Part shown: positions 1-9,987 of the stretch, piece after piece
How the letters are laid out: every line of letters begins with the position of its first letter
Position numbering within the stretch: position 1 is the first letter of the stretch
Source: Candidatus Uhrbacteria bacterium
GTDB lineage: Bacteria; Patescibacteriota; Patescibacteriia; UBA9934
Direction of reading: 5' to 3'
Assembly (NCBI GenBank): GCA_943359525.1
Contig: CALRHV010000003.1
Span: 521-64,520, forward strand
Length of the DNA stretch: 64,000 nucleotides
The notes under the pieces: model-generated
The model's database searches: none
Told to the model about the DNA's origin: nothing
Seen by the model: the letters and a program-made list of their open reading frames with translations, nothing else
Made by a program: the position numbers and the translations under genes

Positions 1-4
1 GGCG

Positions 5-772
5 TTGCATATTCCGTGCATTGTTTCAGCACAGCCGCATGGGGCGACGCTTGATGTGGAGCCGGATCTTGTTGGCCGTATTCGCGAGACGAATCCTGTT
101 GCGCATGACATTGTTATTGTGGAAATGCCGAATGTTTCTACGGAAGACAAGCTGCGTGAACTCGGGTTCGACGTGCACATCGTCGATCATCATCGGTACG
201 AATCGCTCGACCGAATGCGCAAAGAGAGCTCGCTTGAACAGATTCGTGCGTTGTTCGATATGGACGACACTACGCTCCGCATTGCTGGGTTCGATCCTGT
301 GTTGATTCGCGGTGTCGGCCTCATCGACCGTGGTTTTGTGTGGGAAATCGCAAAGGAGAACGTTCCCGAAGCCGATCGAAAGAGGATGATCGCGTATTAC
401 CGTGAACAAAATGCGATACTTGATCCAAATCGCATTCAAGAAGAGAAGGCAGCGAAGAGCGCGTGGAAGAATCGGAAAACAGTCGAAGGCGTTATTGTGG
501 TTACATCTGAAGACGCACATTTGAGTATTCGTGATGCGATTTCATTCTTGGTTGCGGAGGAATTTGAAACGCCGCCGGTGGTTATTATTTCTCAGCCCGG
601 AAGAATCGTGTACGTTCAAGACACCCCAACCGCTCTTGCGCTTCAACAGACATTTGGCGGTTTCACGTTTGGACAGAATTTGTGTTGGGGCAAGCCGATT
701 GATGCCAATGGGAATTTGCCGACGGTTAATGAAGTGATTTCTGCGCATCACCTTGCACTCCTGACGAAGTAG
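5..772 (+). CDS. hypothetical protein, probably 5'-truncated by the window edge (reading frame is open to position 2)
   Basis: ORF track; no in-frame stop upstream; contains a 'VDHH' tripeptide but none of the other DHH-family motifs, so no family call. Confidence 0.4.
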   Translation: MHIPCIVSAQPHGATLDVEPDLVGRIRETNPVAHDIVIVEMPNVSTEDKLRELGFDVHIVDHHRYESLDRMRKESSLEQIRALFDMDDTTLRIAGFDPVLIRGVGLIDRGFVWEIAKENVPEADRKRMIAYYREQNAILDPNRIQEEKAAKSAWKNRKTVEGVIVVTSEDAHLSIRDAISFLVAEEFETPPVVIISQPGRIVYVQDTPTALALQQTFGGFTFGQNLCWGKPIDANGNLPTVNEVISAHHLALLTK

Positions 773-773
773 T

Positions 774-1952
774 ATGGATTTTCTTGCAAAACCCGAGCAC
801 CGACTCACGCGGTCGGCTCATGCTCTTGTTGAAGAAATGCTTTCAGAATCTCGATTGATTGCTGCTCGAGACCAGTTCGCCGCCATCGCGCAGGGTATTC
901 CTTCCATCTCGGCGTTATCGACCACGCCGCAAACCGCACCTCGTCATTGCGAAGGGCCGTTTGTTGCCGATCACATTGTTCGTGCTTTTGTCGCGATCGA
1001 TGCGATTGTAGAGGGAGGGTCAATGCGGAACTGCGAAGACATCGCCACGGATCCGGTGCTCTCGCTCGCATTACTCGATGCCGAAGATGCGATTCGTGAC
1101 TATCCTGATGCATTTCGCGCCTTCGTCGTCATGCACAATATCGCGAAGCCTGATCGATTATTGTTGGTCGCGAATGCTGGATCGGCGGGGGAGAAAGAGG
1201 GGTTTGTGCGGTCGAATCGACGATCCGATGAATATTCAACATCGTCCGAGCTTCATCGATACGACAAAATGCGACGTGCACACAATGGTGATAACACATC
1301 GTGGTTCGCGGAGTCCGGAATCGTTGCAATATACGACGATGCCGATCGTGCGGTGATCGCGCCGCAGTACGCCGAAATTCGTGCGGCAATCATTCGCTGT
1401 TTCGATCTCGAATATGCGTATGAAAAGTTCATTGCGGAGCTGTGTTGGAGTCACGATGACGTCGAGGAGTTCTTTGCGACGCCCGGAAACGAATCGGAGT
1501 TCGGCGTGTTTGCGGCTCGCGCAGGCAAAGCTGGGCTGAACGTGGAGAAATTTTTGGATGCGCTGCTCGCAATCGCACTCATCGATCACGGTGTTGGTCG
1601 TTTGAACCTCGTCAACGATCGCGCGCAGACCGATCTCGGCATCTTTCATCGATTCGTGAGTGCCGAACATGCAGCAATGCCGGAGCGGTTTGCTGCTCGA
1701 GAAGCTCGGCAGGCTCACGCTCGCAAGCTCAGAATCAAGGCGATCCTTGGCGACTCTGGCCTTGCGCCTGAAGCAATCTTCGCATTATTGAAGACGCCAA
1801 TCGGTCCAGAACGCGGCGTGGTCATGGAGCACGTGTATCAGGTGATTCGTGGCGAATCGAAGGGAGAAGTCTTCGCCGACCATACTGAGCATCTTCGAGA
1901 ATGCGCCCACCGTGCACAGAAGCTCCTCGCGGCTGAAGGGCTTTCAGTATAA
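774..1952 (+). CDS. hypothetical protein (392 aa)
   Basis: Long ORF directly after the previous gene; no recognisable motifs. Confidence 0.4.
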   Translation: MDFLAKPEHRLTRSAHALVEEMLSESRLIAARDQFAAIAQGIPSISALSTTPQTAPRHCEGPFVADHIVRAFVAIDAIVEGGSMRNCEDIATDPVLSLALLDAEDAIRDYPDAFRAFVVMHNIAKPDRLLLVANAGSAGEKEGFVRSNRRSDEYSTSSELHRYDKMRRAHNGDNTSWFAESGIVAIYDDADRAVIAPQYAEIRAAIIRCFDLEYAYEKFIAELCWSHDDVEEFFATPGNESEFGVFAARAGKAGLNVEKFLDALLAIALIDHGVGRLNLVNDRAQTDLGIFHRFVSAEHAAMPERFAAREARQAHARKLRIKAILGDSGLAPEAIFALLKTPIGPERGVVMEHVYQVIRGESKGEVFADHTEHLRECAHRAQKLLAAEGLSV

Positions 1953-2087
1953 GATTTGTACGGATCCGATGAAGCCCTCCGTCATTCTGAGCGGAGCGAA
2001 GAATCTCTCGTAGGATATTCAGGATAACCTGCGAGAGATGTTTCGCTTCGCTCAACATGACTGACTGCAGAGTCGTTTAGGTATTTT

Positions 2088-2642
2088 ATGATCGCATACT
2101 TGGACGGAACAATTACTGGTTTGGAATCCGACGGCGTGCTCTTGGAAGTGAGCGGCGTTGGGTATCGTGTTTTTGTTGCACGACAGAAATCTGAGATTGG
2201 AGAAAGGACCAAATACTGGATCAGTGAGATTATCCGTGAGGACAAACATGACTTGTACGGATTCTCTGACCGGTCCGACCAGGCCCTTTTTGAAGAATTC
2301 ATGGGCGTGTCCGGCGTTGGGCCGAAGCTCGCGCAGAAAATACTTGCTTCAGGATCGGCGGAAGAGATCATCCGTCACATTCACACTGACGACGTTGCAT
2401 TCTTTAATGCGATCTCGGGAGTAGGGAAAAAGACGGCGCAGAAGATTATTCTCGATTTGAAGGGTGTACTTGTTCTCGAGGAGAAGACCGAAGCAGGGTC
2501 GGTGCAATCCGATGTTTCCGACGCACTTGAAAGCCTCGGTTACTCAAAGGCGGATATTTCGGGAATTGCAAAAGATATTACTGGCGAAACTACTGAATCT
2601 CGCGTAAAGTCGGCATTAAAGTTGTTATCTCGCCACGTATGA
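2088..2642 (+). CDS. ruvA: Holliday junction DNA helicase subunit RuvA
   Basis: N-terminal MIAYLDG...GVGYRV OB-fold signature, two helix-hairpin-helix motifs (GVSGVGPKLAQKIL / ISGVGKKTAQKII), size of 184 aa. Confidence 0.85.
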   Translation: MIAYLDGTITGLESDGVLLEVSGVGYRVFVARQKSEIGERTKYWISEIIREDKHDLYGFSDRSDQALFEEFMGVSGVGPKLAQKILASGSAEEIIRHIHTDDVAFFNAISGVGKKTAQKIILDLKGVLVLEEKTEAGSVQSDVSDALESLGYSKADISGIAKDITGETTESRVKSALKLLSRHV

Positions 2643-3610
2643 CGACCGAATATTCGCAACAAGAATGGGACGCGCAGGTTGCACGCTTCGCTCCGGCAAG
2701 TGGTGCATTCTTGCAGTCGTTTGCGTGGGGGGAGTTTCAGAAGAGTCAGGGAAGGGAAGTAAAACGAATCATCGGAACCAACGGCGACAAAACGATGGTC
2801 GCGCAGGCGGTGAAGCTTTCGGCACCGCTCGGAATCTCGTACTGGCTGGTGCCGAAGGGCCCGCTTGGTGATGCGTCGCCAACATTCATGCGAAAGACAT
2901 TGGTCGCCGAACTCGGAATCGGTGTTGATTACATTCGCACGGAATCAATAGAGCAGTTGCCGAAAACGATCTCGGCGAAGGAAATGCATCCGCAAACCAC
3001 GCGACTTCTTGATCTGACGAGGGGATACGAAGTTGTGTTCAATGATTTCAATCCAAAAACGCGTTACAACACACGGCTCGGTCGGAAAAAAGGTGTTGAG
3101 GTTGCATTCGTTGGACTCGACCGCTTCGAGGATTTCGTGACATTGATGGCACAGACGGCGGAGCGTGATGAATTCCACATTCATGAGAACGAATACTACC
3201 GCGCCATGCTCGAAGCGCTCGGCAACGAGCCGTCGTGTCTCGCAAGGCTCGCGCTTGCATCGAAGGACGGAGTTCCTTTGGCTGTCGCACTATCGATCGA
3301 CGCCTTCGGTACGCGAACATACCTCCACGGAGCATCGGGAAACCAAATGCGCGAACTCAAATCACCCCAAGTGCTTCAAGATTTCGTTATTCAAGATGCG
3401 TGCGAAAAAGGATTATCTCATTACGACTTCTGGGGAATCGCTCCTCCTGGCGCAACCGAAAAACATTCTTGGTGGGGAATCACCCGTTTCAAAGAAGGCT
3501 TCGGTGGCTACGTGTACGCCACCGCCGGCACATTTGATATTCCGGTGAATGTGGGAAAGTACGGGCTGTATCGGGCTGCGAGATTTATAAGGGGTGTAAT
3601 CGGGAAATAG
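2639..3610 (+). CDS. FemAB-family peptidoglycan interpeptide-bridge aminoacyltransferase-like protein
   Basis: About 320 aa; N-terminal 'QSFAWGEFQKSQGRE' and overall FemAB-like composition; 4-nt overlap with ruvA. Confidence 0.55.
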   Translation: MTTEYSQQEWDAQVARFAPASGAFLQSFAWGEFQKSQGREVKRIIGTNGDKTMVAQAVKLSAPLGISYWLVPKGPLGDASPTFMRKTLVAELGIGVDYIRTESIEQLPKTISAKEMHPQTTRLLDLTRGYEVVFNDFNPKTRYNTRLGRKKGVEVAFVGLDRFEDFVTLMAQTAERDEFHIHENEYYRAMLEALGNEPSCLARLALASKDGVPLAVALSIDAFGTRTYLHGASGNQMRELKSPQVLQDFVIQDACEKGLSHYDFWGIAPPGATEKHSWWGITRFKEGFGGYVYATAGTFDIPVNVGKYGLYRAARFIRGVIGK

Positions 3611-3630
3611 TTTCTCTAAAAACGAGAACG

Positions 3631-3655
3631 CCCCGGCTTTCGTGGCCGGGGGTTC
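3631..3655. terminator. GC hairpin CCCCGGC-TTTCGTG-GCCGGGG between convergent genes, with a U-tract on the tdk side
   Basis: Inverted repeat read directly; on the minus strand it is followed by GUUCUCGUUUUUAGAG. Confidence 0.4.
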
Positions 3656-3671
3656 GTGGGGTGCGTGTTGT

Positions 3672-4241
3672 TCACGGCTTCGGTGTGAAGTGCGCGAAGC
3701 AGCGAGCCTCGTATTCGTCGTCTCCGATGACGATGTTGCCGCCGTCGGTGGGGAGTTGTGCGAGGAGCTGCGACCAATGGGCGCGATCTCCGCACTGTGT
3801 GCACCAGGCGTGGCGTCGATGAACGTCCTGCGTAGTGTTCGCGATCTCGGCGACGACGGGGAACGGCAGGCCGTAGAAGTCGTAGTCGAGTCCAGCGACG
3901 ATGACGTCCTGACCCCGATCGCGCAGAGCGACGATGAGCCGAACGATCTCTCGGGGCGCGAACTGCACCTCATCGAAGGCGATGACGTTCGCTTCGGGAT
4001 CGATGAGATCGTGAAGCTCCGCGATGGTCTCGAAGCTAACGGAGGGCTCCTCGAGACCTTTGCGGCTCTGACAGACGCCCCGATCCCGAGTGTTCGTTCG
4101 GGGGTTGAAGAGTTGGAACCGCTGACGGCCATGGTCGCGGCGGAGCCTGAGATCGCTCAGGAGCGCCTCGGACTTTCCGCTGAACATCGGTCCACAATAC
4201 ACCGTGATGACGCCAACCTTCGGAAGCGCGCGCAATGTCAT
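3672..4241 (-). CDS. tdk: thymidine kinase
   Basis: P-loop 'GPMFSGKSE', 'VIAFDEVQF', C-terminal zinc ribbon 'CTQCGDRA...ARC'; start chosen at internal M (MTLRALPKVGVITVY...) giving about 190 aa; locally GC-rich. Confidence 0.85.
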   Translation of the reverse strand: MTLRALPKVGVITVYCGPMFSGKSEALLSDLRLRRDHGRQRFQLFNPRTNTRDRGVCQSRKGLEEPSVSFETIAELHDLIDPEANVIAFDEVQFAPREIVRLIVALRDRGQDVIVAGLDYDFYGLPFPVVAEIANTTQDVHRRHAWCTQCGDRAHWSQLLAQLPTDGGNIVIGDDEYEARCFAHFTPKP

Positions 4242-4382
4242 GAACTGTCTCCTGGGTGAACGGATACATTCTAAGCGATCGGAGAGATTCGAAAACTTTG
4301 TCCCGTGGATAAGTATGTGTTGTGCACAGCTTGTCCTTTGAGTTGAACACATTTTGTCCACACGGCGTGATAAAATGGGGAT

Positions 4383-5519
4383 ATGAGAATCGGAATTGAC
4401 GCAAGATTCTACGGTCCACGCGTTGGAGGCGGCGGTCTCGGCCGTTACACCGCAGAATTAGTGACGGCATTGCAGGCGGTAGACAAGGAAAATGAGTACG
4501 TGCTTTTTTTGCGCAAGGAAAACTTTCACGAGTGTGCCATTACCAACGGAAACTTTACCAAACGCATGGTGGATGTTCCGTGGTATTCGTTTGCAGAACA
4601 ACGAGAAATGCCCCGCGAAATTGCGTTGGCCAAAGTGAACCTCATGCACTATCCGCATTGGAATGTGCCGATTTTCTCCCGTGTGCCGTTTGTGGTGACG
4701 ATTCACGATCTGATCCTCCTCGAGGACCCTGCGTCGTCGCGCGCCACAACACGGAATGCGTTTCTGTACGGCATCAAGAGCATCGGTTACCGCATTACGC
4801 TCGAAGTTGCGATTCATCGCAGTAAGCATATCGTGGCCATTTCGCAATACACCAAGCGATCAATCCTTGAGCACTTCCGAGTGCCCGGCGGAAAAATTTC
4901 CGTGGTGTACAACGGCGTTCGTCCGCCAGTGGGTGCTGAAAAAGTATCGCTTGCAGAGCTTGGTGTGCAGCAGCCGTACATCCTGTCCGTCGGCAACGCG
5001 TATCCGCATAAAAATCTTGAGACGACACTTCTCAGCTTCCGCAAACTCTGTTCTTCCGACGAGCGAACCATGCTTGTGCTCGCCGGAAAGCGCGATATGT
5101 TTGTGGAAAAACTTGAGGCATTCGCGCTCGAGATTGGCATTCCGTCATCACGAATCCGTTTCGTGAATACCCCAACAGATGCGGTGCTCGCGCGGCTCTA
5201 TCACGACGCAGCGCTCCTGGTCATCGCTTCTCGCATTGAAGGCTTCGGCATTCCGCCGTTGGAGGCGTTGGCACTCGGTATTCCTGTGGCAGCGAGCCAT
5301 GCATCGTCATTACCAGAGGTGCTTGGTGACGCGGTTCGGTACTTTACTCCCGATGATGAAGACACGCTCGCCCGACTTATGCTCAACGCCGTGTATCAGC
5401 CCAGTGCGTGGCATAGCCTTCAGGCGTCAGGCATTTGCCAGGCCGAGAAGTTTTCTTGGAAGAAAACAGCGCTTGCGATGCGCGACATTTACCGAAATTT
5501 TGCAGACCGACGATTGTGA
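4383..5519 (+). CDS. glycosyltransferase family 4 (GT-B, group 1)
   Basis: MRIGIDAR N-terminus and E-x7-E motif 'EGFGIPPLEALALGIPV'. Confidence 0.8.
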   Translation: MRIGIDARFYGPRVGGGGLGRYTAELVTALQAVDKENEYVLFLRKENFHECAITNGNFTKRMVDVPWYSFAEQREMPREIALAKVNLMHYPHWNVPIFSRVPFVVTIHDLILLEDPASSRATTRNAFLYGIKSIGYRITLEVAIHRSKHIVAISQYTKRSILEHFRVPGGKISVVYNGVRPPVGAEKVSLAELGVQQPYILSVGNAYPHKNLETTLLSFRKLCSSDERTMLVLAGKRDMFVEKLEAFALEIGIPSSRIRFVNTPTDAVLARLYHDAALLVIASRIEGFGIPPLEALALGIPVAASHASSLPEVLGDAVRYFTPDDEDTLARLMLNAVYQPSAWHSLQASGICQAEKFSWKKTALAMRDIYRNFADRRL

Positions 5520-5686
5520 AGGCAAACCGCGACAATCTGAATCAATACGATGACGCTCTGCCAGAGCGATTTTCTGATTTTCATCGAAATGACAACGCGA
5601 AGAAGTTGCATATCCATCAGGGCGTGGGGGAGCCTTCGCCGTACATCGTAAAACTTTCTCGTGCGGAATCGGTTGTGCAGCCCGTT

Positions 5687-8101
5687 ATGAGCGTTGCCGA
5701 GGAAATTGAGGCACTCGCAAAGAGCCTCATTATTGATGGCGACGATGAGCAGCTTTCGCTTGAATCGAATCAGGAACACGAGGATCTTGGAATCGATTTT
5801 GCAGATATTTCAGCTCAACTTCGCGAGGCTGATACTGTTATGCCGCGATCAGCTGCACCGAGGGCAAAGCGTATTGCCGCGAAATCGAACGTGCCGAGTA
5901 TGTCGCTCGACGACGCGCTTGCGGCATTTATAGAGTCCCCAGTGTCGCTCGAAGCATTGGTGCCGATGACAGCAGTTGTTGAAGAACGGTCGCTGGAATC
6001 AATTACGCAGGAACAATTCACATCGGATGCACCGTCGTCACCGTGGGTTATTGCAGACCCTCTTCGAGGGGCTCCTTCTTCTATATTTCGGAAGGTTATT
6101 CGCTTCGAATGGGGTTTTTTACAACATGCACCAGTTCGCGCGCTCGTAGCATTCATGATGCTTTCTTTCGTTGTCGTGTTGCCATTGCATGCCATGCAAA
6201 CACTTTCGGGCACTGCGCATCAAGTTGGGGCGGTGAAGGATATCGGTATCGCGGCGTTGGACGATGTATCTCGAGCGACGTCGGCACTCAGTGCTCGTGA
6301 TTTTGGTGCAGCGCAAACAAACTTTTCTGCTGCGGCAGCAAAGTTTGCGAACGCACAGGACTCGTTGAATGATCTCCATGACGGCGTTGTTGCGTTGGTG
6401 AACGTTATTCCACAAACCGATCGAACGTATGAATCGGTACGTGGATTGGTGACGGCCGGTCAGGAGTTGTCGCAGACGGCGTCGATCATGACCCAGGCGG
6501 GAAGTGGAATCTCTTCACAGTCCTCTACAGATATTGTCACAAAGCTGAATTTACTCGGCGCGTATATTGAGAATGCGCTTCCGCACGCGTTAGCAGCACA
6601 GGCAGCGCTCGCAAAAGTGAATTCCGATGTCGTCCCAGCACAATACACAGAAAAGATAGCAAAGCTTCAATCGGAAACTCCGGCAATCGCAGCATCAATG
6701 CAGGAGTTCTTAAAGTTTGTACACACACTAACGTTCTTGTTGGGCGGGGAGAGTAAAATGCGATACCTTACATTATTCCAGAACAACACGGAACTTCGTC
6801 CAACTGGTGGATTCGTTGGAAGCTTCGCGGAGGTAGATATGGACAATGGTGCCATTGCCAACATGCGCCTGCCTGGTGGGGGAACGTACGACGTCCAAGG
6901 ACAGCTCGATACATTCGTAGAAGCGCCAAAACCACTGTCGTTAATTAATCCTCGCTGGGAATTCCAGGACGGAAATTGGTTCCCAGATTTTCCAACGTCT
7001 GCAAAAAAGATGCAGTGGTTTTATGAACACGCCGGCGGGCCAACAACTGATGGCGTGATTGCGGTGAACGCGACGTTCGTTGAAAAACTGCTCGACGTGG
7101 TTGGTCCAATTGAAATGCCGGAATACGGTTTAATAATCAATGCTGAGAATTTCCTCTTCGCTACAGAAAAGGCCGTTGAAATAGACGCAGACAAAACAAA
7201 AAACACACCAAAAGCGATTCTTGGCGACATGGCACCAAAACTTATTGACAAGGTGAAGGCTGCTGATGCAAAGATGTTGGTGAAGATTGTGATGCTCATT
7301 GAACAAGGATTATTGGAACGCGATATCCAAGTGTATTTCCGCGATAACGACGCGCAAAAGGCAATGCAAGAGTTGGGCTTTGCCGGTGAGATCGAGCAAA
7401 CCGCTGGTGATTATCTTATGGTCGTTGATACGAATATTGGCGGAGGAAAAACGGACGCGGTGATTGACCAGACGATCGATCTTGAAGTGAATATTTCGGA
7501 AACGGGAACAATTGTGGACGATCTTACGTTCACTAAAACGCATCACGGCATGGCGAATGCGTTGTTCAGCGGAAAAAATAACGTCGATTACGTTCGGTTT
7601 TATGTTCCCGAGGGAAGCGTGTTGCTCTCGGCAGATGGATTCGAGCCACCGTCGCAGAATCTTTTTGAGCCGTCGGACATTCCGCTGAGCTTGGACGACG
7701 ATCTTTCCATTGTGATGAGCGGCCAAACACGCGATGCAATTTCGGGCATGGATATTTGGAATGAATTTGGAAAGACGGTGTTTGGCGGTTGGATGCAGAC
7801 GGCGCCTGGGGAGACGCAGGTTGTTCATATGTCGTATCGCATCCCGCAGGTGCTCTTCTCTGCGGATTCTGATACATCGTTCCTTGCTCGCGCTCGTCGT
7901 CAGCTTGGATTTGATAGTCATGACGGGTATTCAATGCTCGCACAAAAACAGTCCGGTGTGGTGTCGCGAACAACGACGGTACATCTGAACTATCCATCGG
8001 CATTCACAACGTACTGGACGAACATTGCCACAGACGATACGGATATTTCGACGTTCAATAACACTCGCGACGCGTTCTCTGGGTGGATTTTGAATCGGTA
8101 A
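5687..8101 (+). CDS. DUF4012-domain membrane protein (cell-wall glycan associated)
   Basis: Hallmark 'LFQNNTELRPTGGFVGSFAEVDMDNG...PGGGTYDVQGQL' and 'DGVIAVNATFVEKLLDVVGPIEM'; single TM helix near residue 220; the track ORF starts at 5435 overlapping the upstream GT4, so the true start is probably the GTG at 5624 or the ATG at 5687. Confidence 0.65.
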   Translation: MSVAEEIEALAKSLIIDGDDEQLSLESNQEHEDLGIDFADISAQLREADTVMPRSAAPRAKRIAAKSNVPSMSLDDALAAFIESPVSLEALVPMTAVVEERSLESITQEQFTSDAPSSPWVIADPLRGAPSSIFRKVIRFEWGFLQHAPVRALVAFMMLSFVVVLPLHAMQTLSGTAHQVGAVKDIGIAALDDVSRATSALSARDFGAAQTNFSAAAAKFANAQDSLNDLHDGVVALVNVIPQTDRTYESVRGLVTAGQELSQTASIMTQAGSGISSQSSTDIVTKLNLLGAYIENALPHALAAQAALAKVNSDVVPAQYTEKIAKLQSETPAIAASMQEFLKFVHTLTFLLGGESKMRYLTLFQNNTELRPTGGFVGSFAEVDMDNGAIANMRLPGGGTYDVQGQLDTFVEAPKPLSLINPRWEFQDGNWFPDFPTSAKKMQWFYEHAGGPTTDGVIAVNATFVEKLLDVVGPIEMPEYGLIINAENFLFATEKAVEIDADKTKNTPKAILGDMAPKLIDKVKAADAKMLVKIVMLIEQGLLERDIQVYFRDNDAQKAMQELGFAGEIEQTAGDYLMVVDTNIGGGKTDAVIDQTIDLEVNISETGTIVDDLTFTKTHHGMANALFSGKNNVDYVRFYVPEGSVLLSADGFEPPSQNLFEPSDIPLSLDDDLSIVMSGQTRDAISGMDIWNEFGKTVFGGWMQTAPGETQVVHMSYRIPQVLFSADSDTSFLARARRQLGFDSHDGYSMLAQKQSGVVSRTTTVHLNYPSAFTTYWTNIATDDTDISTFNNTRDAFSGWILNR

Positions 8102-8104
8102 CAT

Positions 8105-9985
8105 ATGCTTACCAAACGGAGGTACGCGCACCATGAAGAGGTTGATATCGATGCGAGCCTTTCGGCGATTTATGGCGACGAGCGTGATGACCTAAAGATT
8201 GTGACAAGAGGTGGATCGCGATTGACACGGTTTTTGATTCGAACCATCGGTATCCTGTTGGTAGTCTGCCTACTCTCGCTTGGTGGTTTTGCGGTGTATT
8301 CCAGATACTTTGGACCGGAACAGCAGGGTAAACCGTTAACCATGGCGTTCACTGCGTCCGATGAGCTGCAGAGCGGCGCTCCGGTGACGATTGAATTTGA
8401 CTACGCTAATCAAACATCGTACCCGCTAACAAATGTTGAAATCGATATCAATCTTCCAGCAGGATTCGTGATGAAGTCGTCCACGCCATCGATGACAAGT
8501 GTGAACGATATGGTGTTTAACCTCGGAACGATTTCCGGAAAGAGCGACGGAAAAATTCTCATCGACGGCATTTGGAATTCCGACGTGCCAAGTTCAACAG
8601 GAATTCAGGCATTGGCATCCTACCAGCCGGCGAATTTCAATGCGCAGTTTCATGACATTGCCACGAAAACGATTGTTACAAACATGAGTACAACCATTGT
8701 GGTGGTCGATGCGCCGGTCACGGTAAATGTAGGGGAAGTAGTAACCTATACCATTCACGTTAAGAATGCGGGAACGGAAACGATTGTGGCGCCGCAGGTG
8801 GAGCTGACGCTTCCAACAGGATTCTTTGTACAGACAAGTGTTCCATTGTCGGCTCCCGGCGGTGCGCTGACGTATACGTTGCCTGACATTCTTCCTGTAG
8901 TACCCGCGGTCGATCCGATTGTTGCCGATACAACAGCCACCGGGGTCGTCGTTCCTGCAGCGTTGACTGTTTCAGAATCAACAATTGTGGTGACGGGGAC
9001 ATTTGCATCAGATGCATCCGGAATGCAGACACTCACGGCGGTGAGTGGAATTTCTGGCGCTCGATTTTCTCCACAAACGACAGCGACGGCGATTACCGAT
9101 GTGAAGGGAAGCGCATTGTCGCTTCTGATGGTTGGTAATGGATCGCAAGGAACGGTGGTCGCGGATCCAGGATCGTTATTCCGTGTTGCACTCCGCATTG
9201 AAAACACAAGCGATGTTGCGGTGAGTGATGTAATCGCGCTTCTGGATTTCGCCGCCGAGGACAACCTTCCGATCGATTGGGGAACTGCAGTGCTTGCTGG
9301 TGGAAAGGTGACAGCAAGTGGCATTACATTCGATGCGAAAACGATTGGCACTATTGCGGCAGGGAGCCACAAAACGCTCGACCTGGCGTTCCCAATGAAG
9401 CTCGATCTTACCGCAGTGAGCAGCACATTCACTGTGGCGTTCAGTGCAACGCGCGGCACAATAACCGTCCAGGCTTCGCCACTCACGGTACAGCTGAACT
9501 CCGATGCGGCGGTCTTTAGTATGTTGCGATACTTCGACGACGATGGCGCGCCACTTGGAAGCGGTCCGTTGCCGCCAGTGGTTGGAAGCACCACGCATTA
9601 TCGTGCGCTTTGGACGATTGCAAGCGGCTTGCATGGCTTGAATACCATTACGGTTTCCGCAACGCTTCCCGAAGGTGTAACATGGGACGACTTTTCTACT
9701 GCAACAAGCGGATCAATATCCTACGACGCCGGAACGCGAACGGTTCGCTGGACTACATCGAGCATTCCGGCAGGATCCGCAGCTGTTACTGCGCGATTCA
9801 GCGTATCCATCACCCCAACAGTCGCCGACGTCGGCCTTGCAAAAACATTGGTTGGAAAAACAGTTTTGAACGCCAAAGACGACATGACCGGAGCAGTGCT
9901 CGAACGATCAGCCGATGCGGTGACGACGGAATGTGAAGGCGATGTGTTGGCAACGGGGAAGGGAACGGTGAAGGCGGGAATGTAA
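8105..9985 (+). CDS. membrane-anchored surface protein with DUF11-type repeats
   Basis: N-terminal TM anchor (ILLVVCLLSLGGFAVY); repeated 'VTYTIHVKNAGTETIVAPQVELTLPTGF' / 'NLPAGF'-type motifs typical of DUF11 conserved-repeat proteins. Confidence 0.55.
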   Translation: MLTKRRYAHHEEVDIDASLSAIYGDERDDLKIVTRGGSRLTRFLIRTIGILLVVCLLSLGGFAVYSRYFGPEQQGKPLTMAFTASDELQSGAPVTIEFDYANQTSYPLTNVEIDINLPAGFVMKSSTPSMTSVNDMVFNLGTISGKSDGKILIDGIWNSDVPSSTGIQALASYQPANFNAQFHDIATKTIVTNMSTTIVVVDAPVTVNVGEVVTYTIHVKNAGTETIVAPQVELTLPTGFFVQTSVPLSAPGGALTYTLPDILPVVPAVDPIVADTTATGVVVPAALTVSESTIVVTGTFASDASGMQTLTAVSGISGARFSPQTTATAITDVKGSALSLLMVGNGSQGTVVADPGSLFRVALRIENTSDVAVSDVIALLDFAAEDNLPIDWGTAVLAGGKVTASGITFDAKTIGTIAAGSHKTLDLAFPMKLDLTAVSSTFTVAFSATRGTITVQASPLTVQLNSDAAVFSMLRYFDDDGAPLGSGPLPPVVGSTTHYRALWTIASGLHGLNTITVSATLPEGVTWDDFSTATSGSISYDAGTRTVRWTTSSIPAGSAAVTARFSVSITPTVADVGLAKTLVGKTVLNAKDDMTGAVLERSADAVTTECEGDVLATGKGTVKAGM

Positions 9986-9987
9986 AT

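Noticed and set aside
5-772. Calling the first ORF a DHH-family phosphoesterase because of a 'VDHH' tripeptide
   Set aside because: Only one of the four DHH-family motifs is present and no GGGH/DHHA1 follows. The real NrnA-like gene is at 28325-29461. It is left as hypothetical.
3413-4259. Long ORFs (239 aa minus strand at 3413-4132, 205 aa plus strand at 3642-4259) overlapping tdk and FemAB
   Set aside because: They are antisense or out-of-frame to genes with clear catalytic motifs. They are Arg/Ser/Pro-rich low-complexity translations typical of GC-rich read-through.
5435-5686. Upstream extension of the DUF4012 ORF overlapping the GT4 gene by 85 nt
   Set aside because: The overlap is long and the extension is not conserved-looking. 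The in-frame GTG at 5624 or the ATG at 5687 after the GT4 stop is more plausible.
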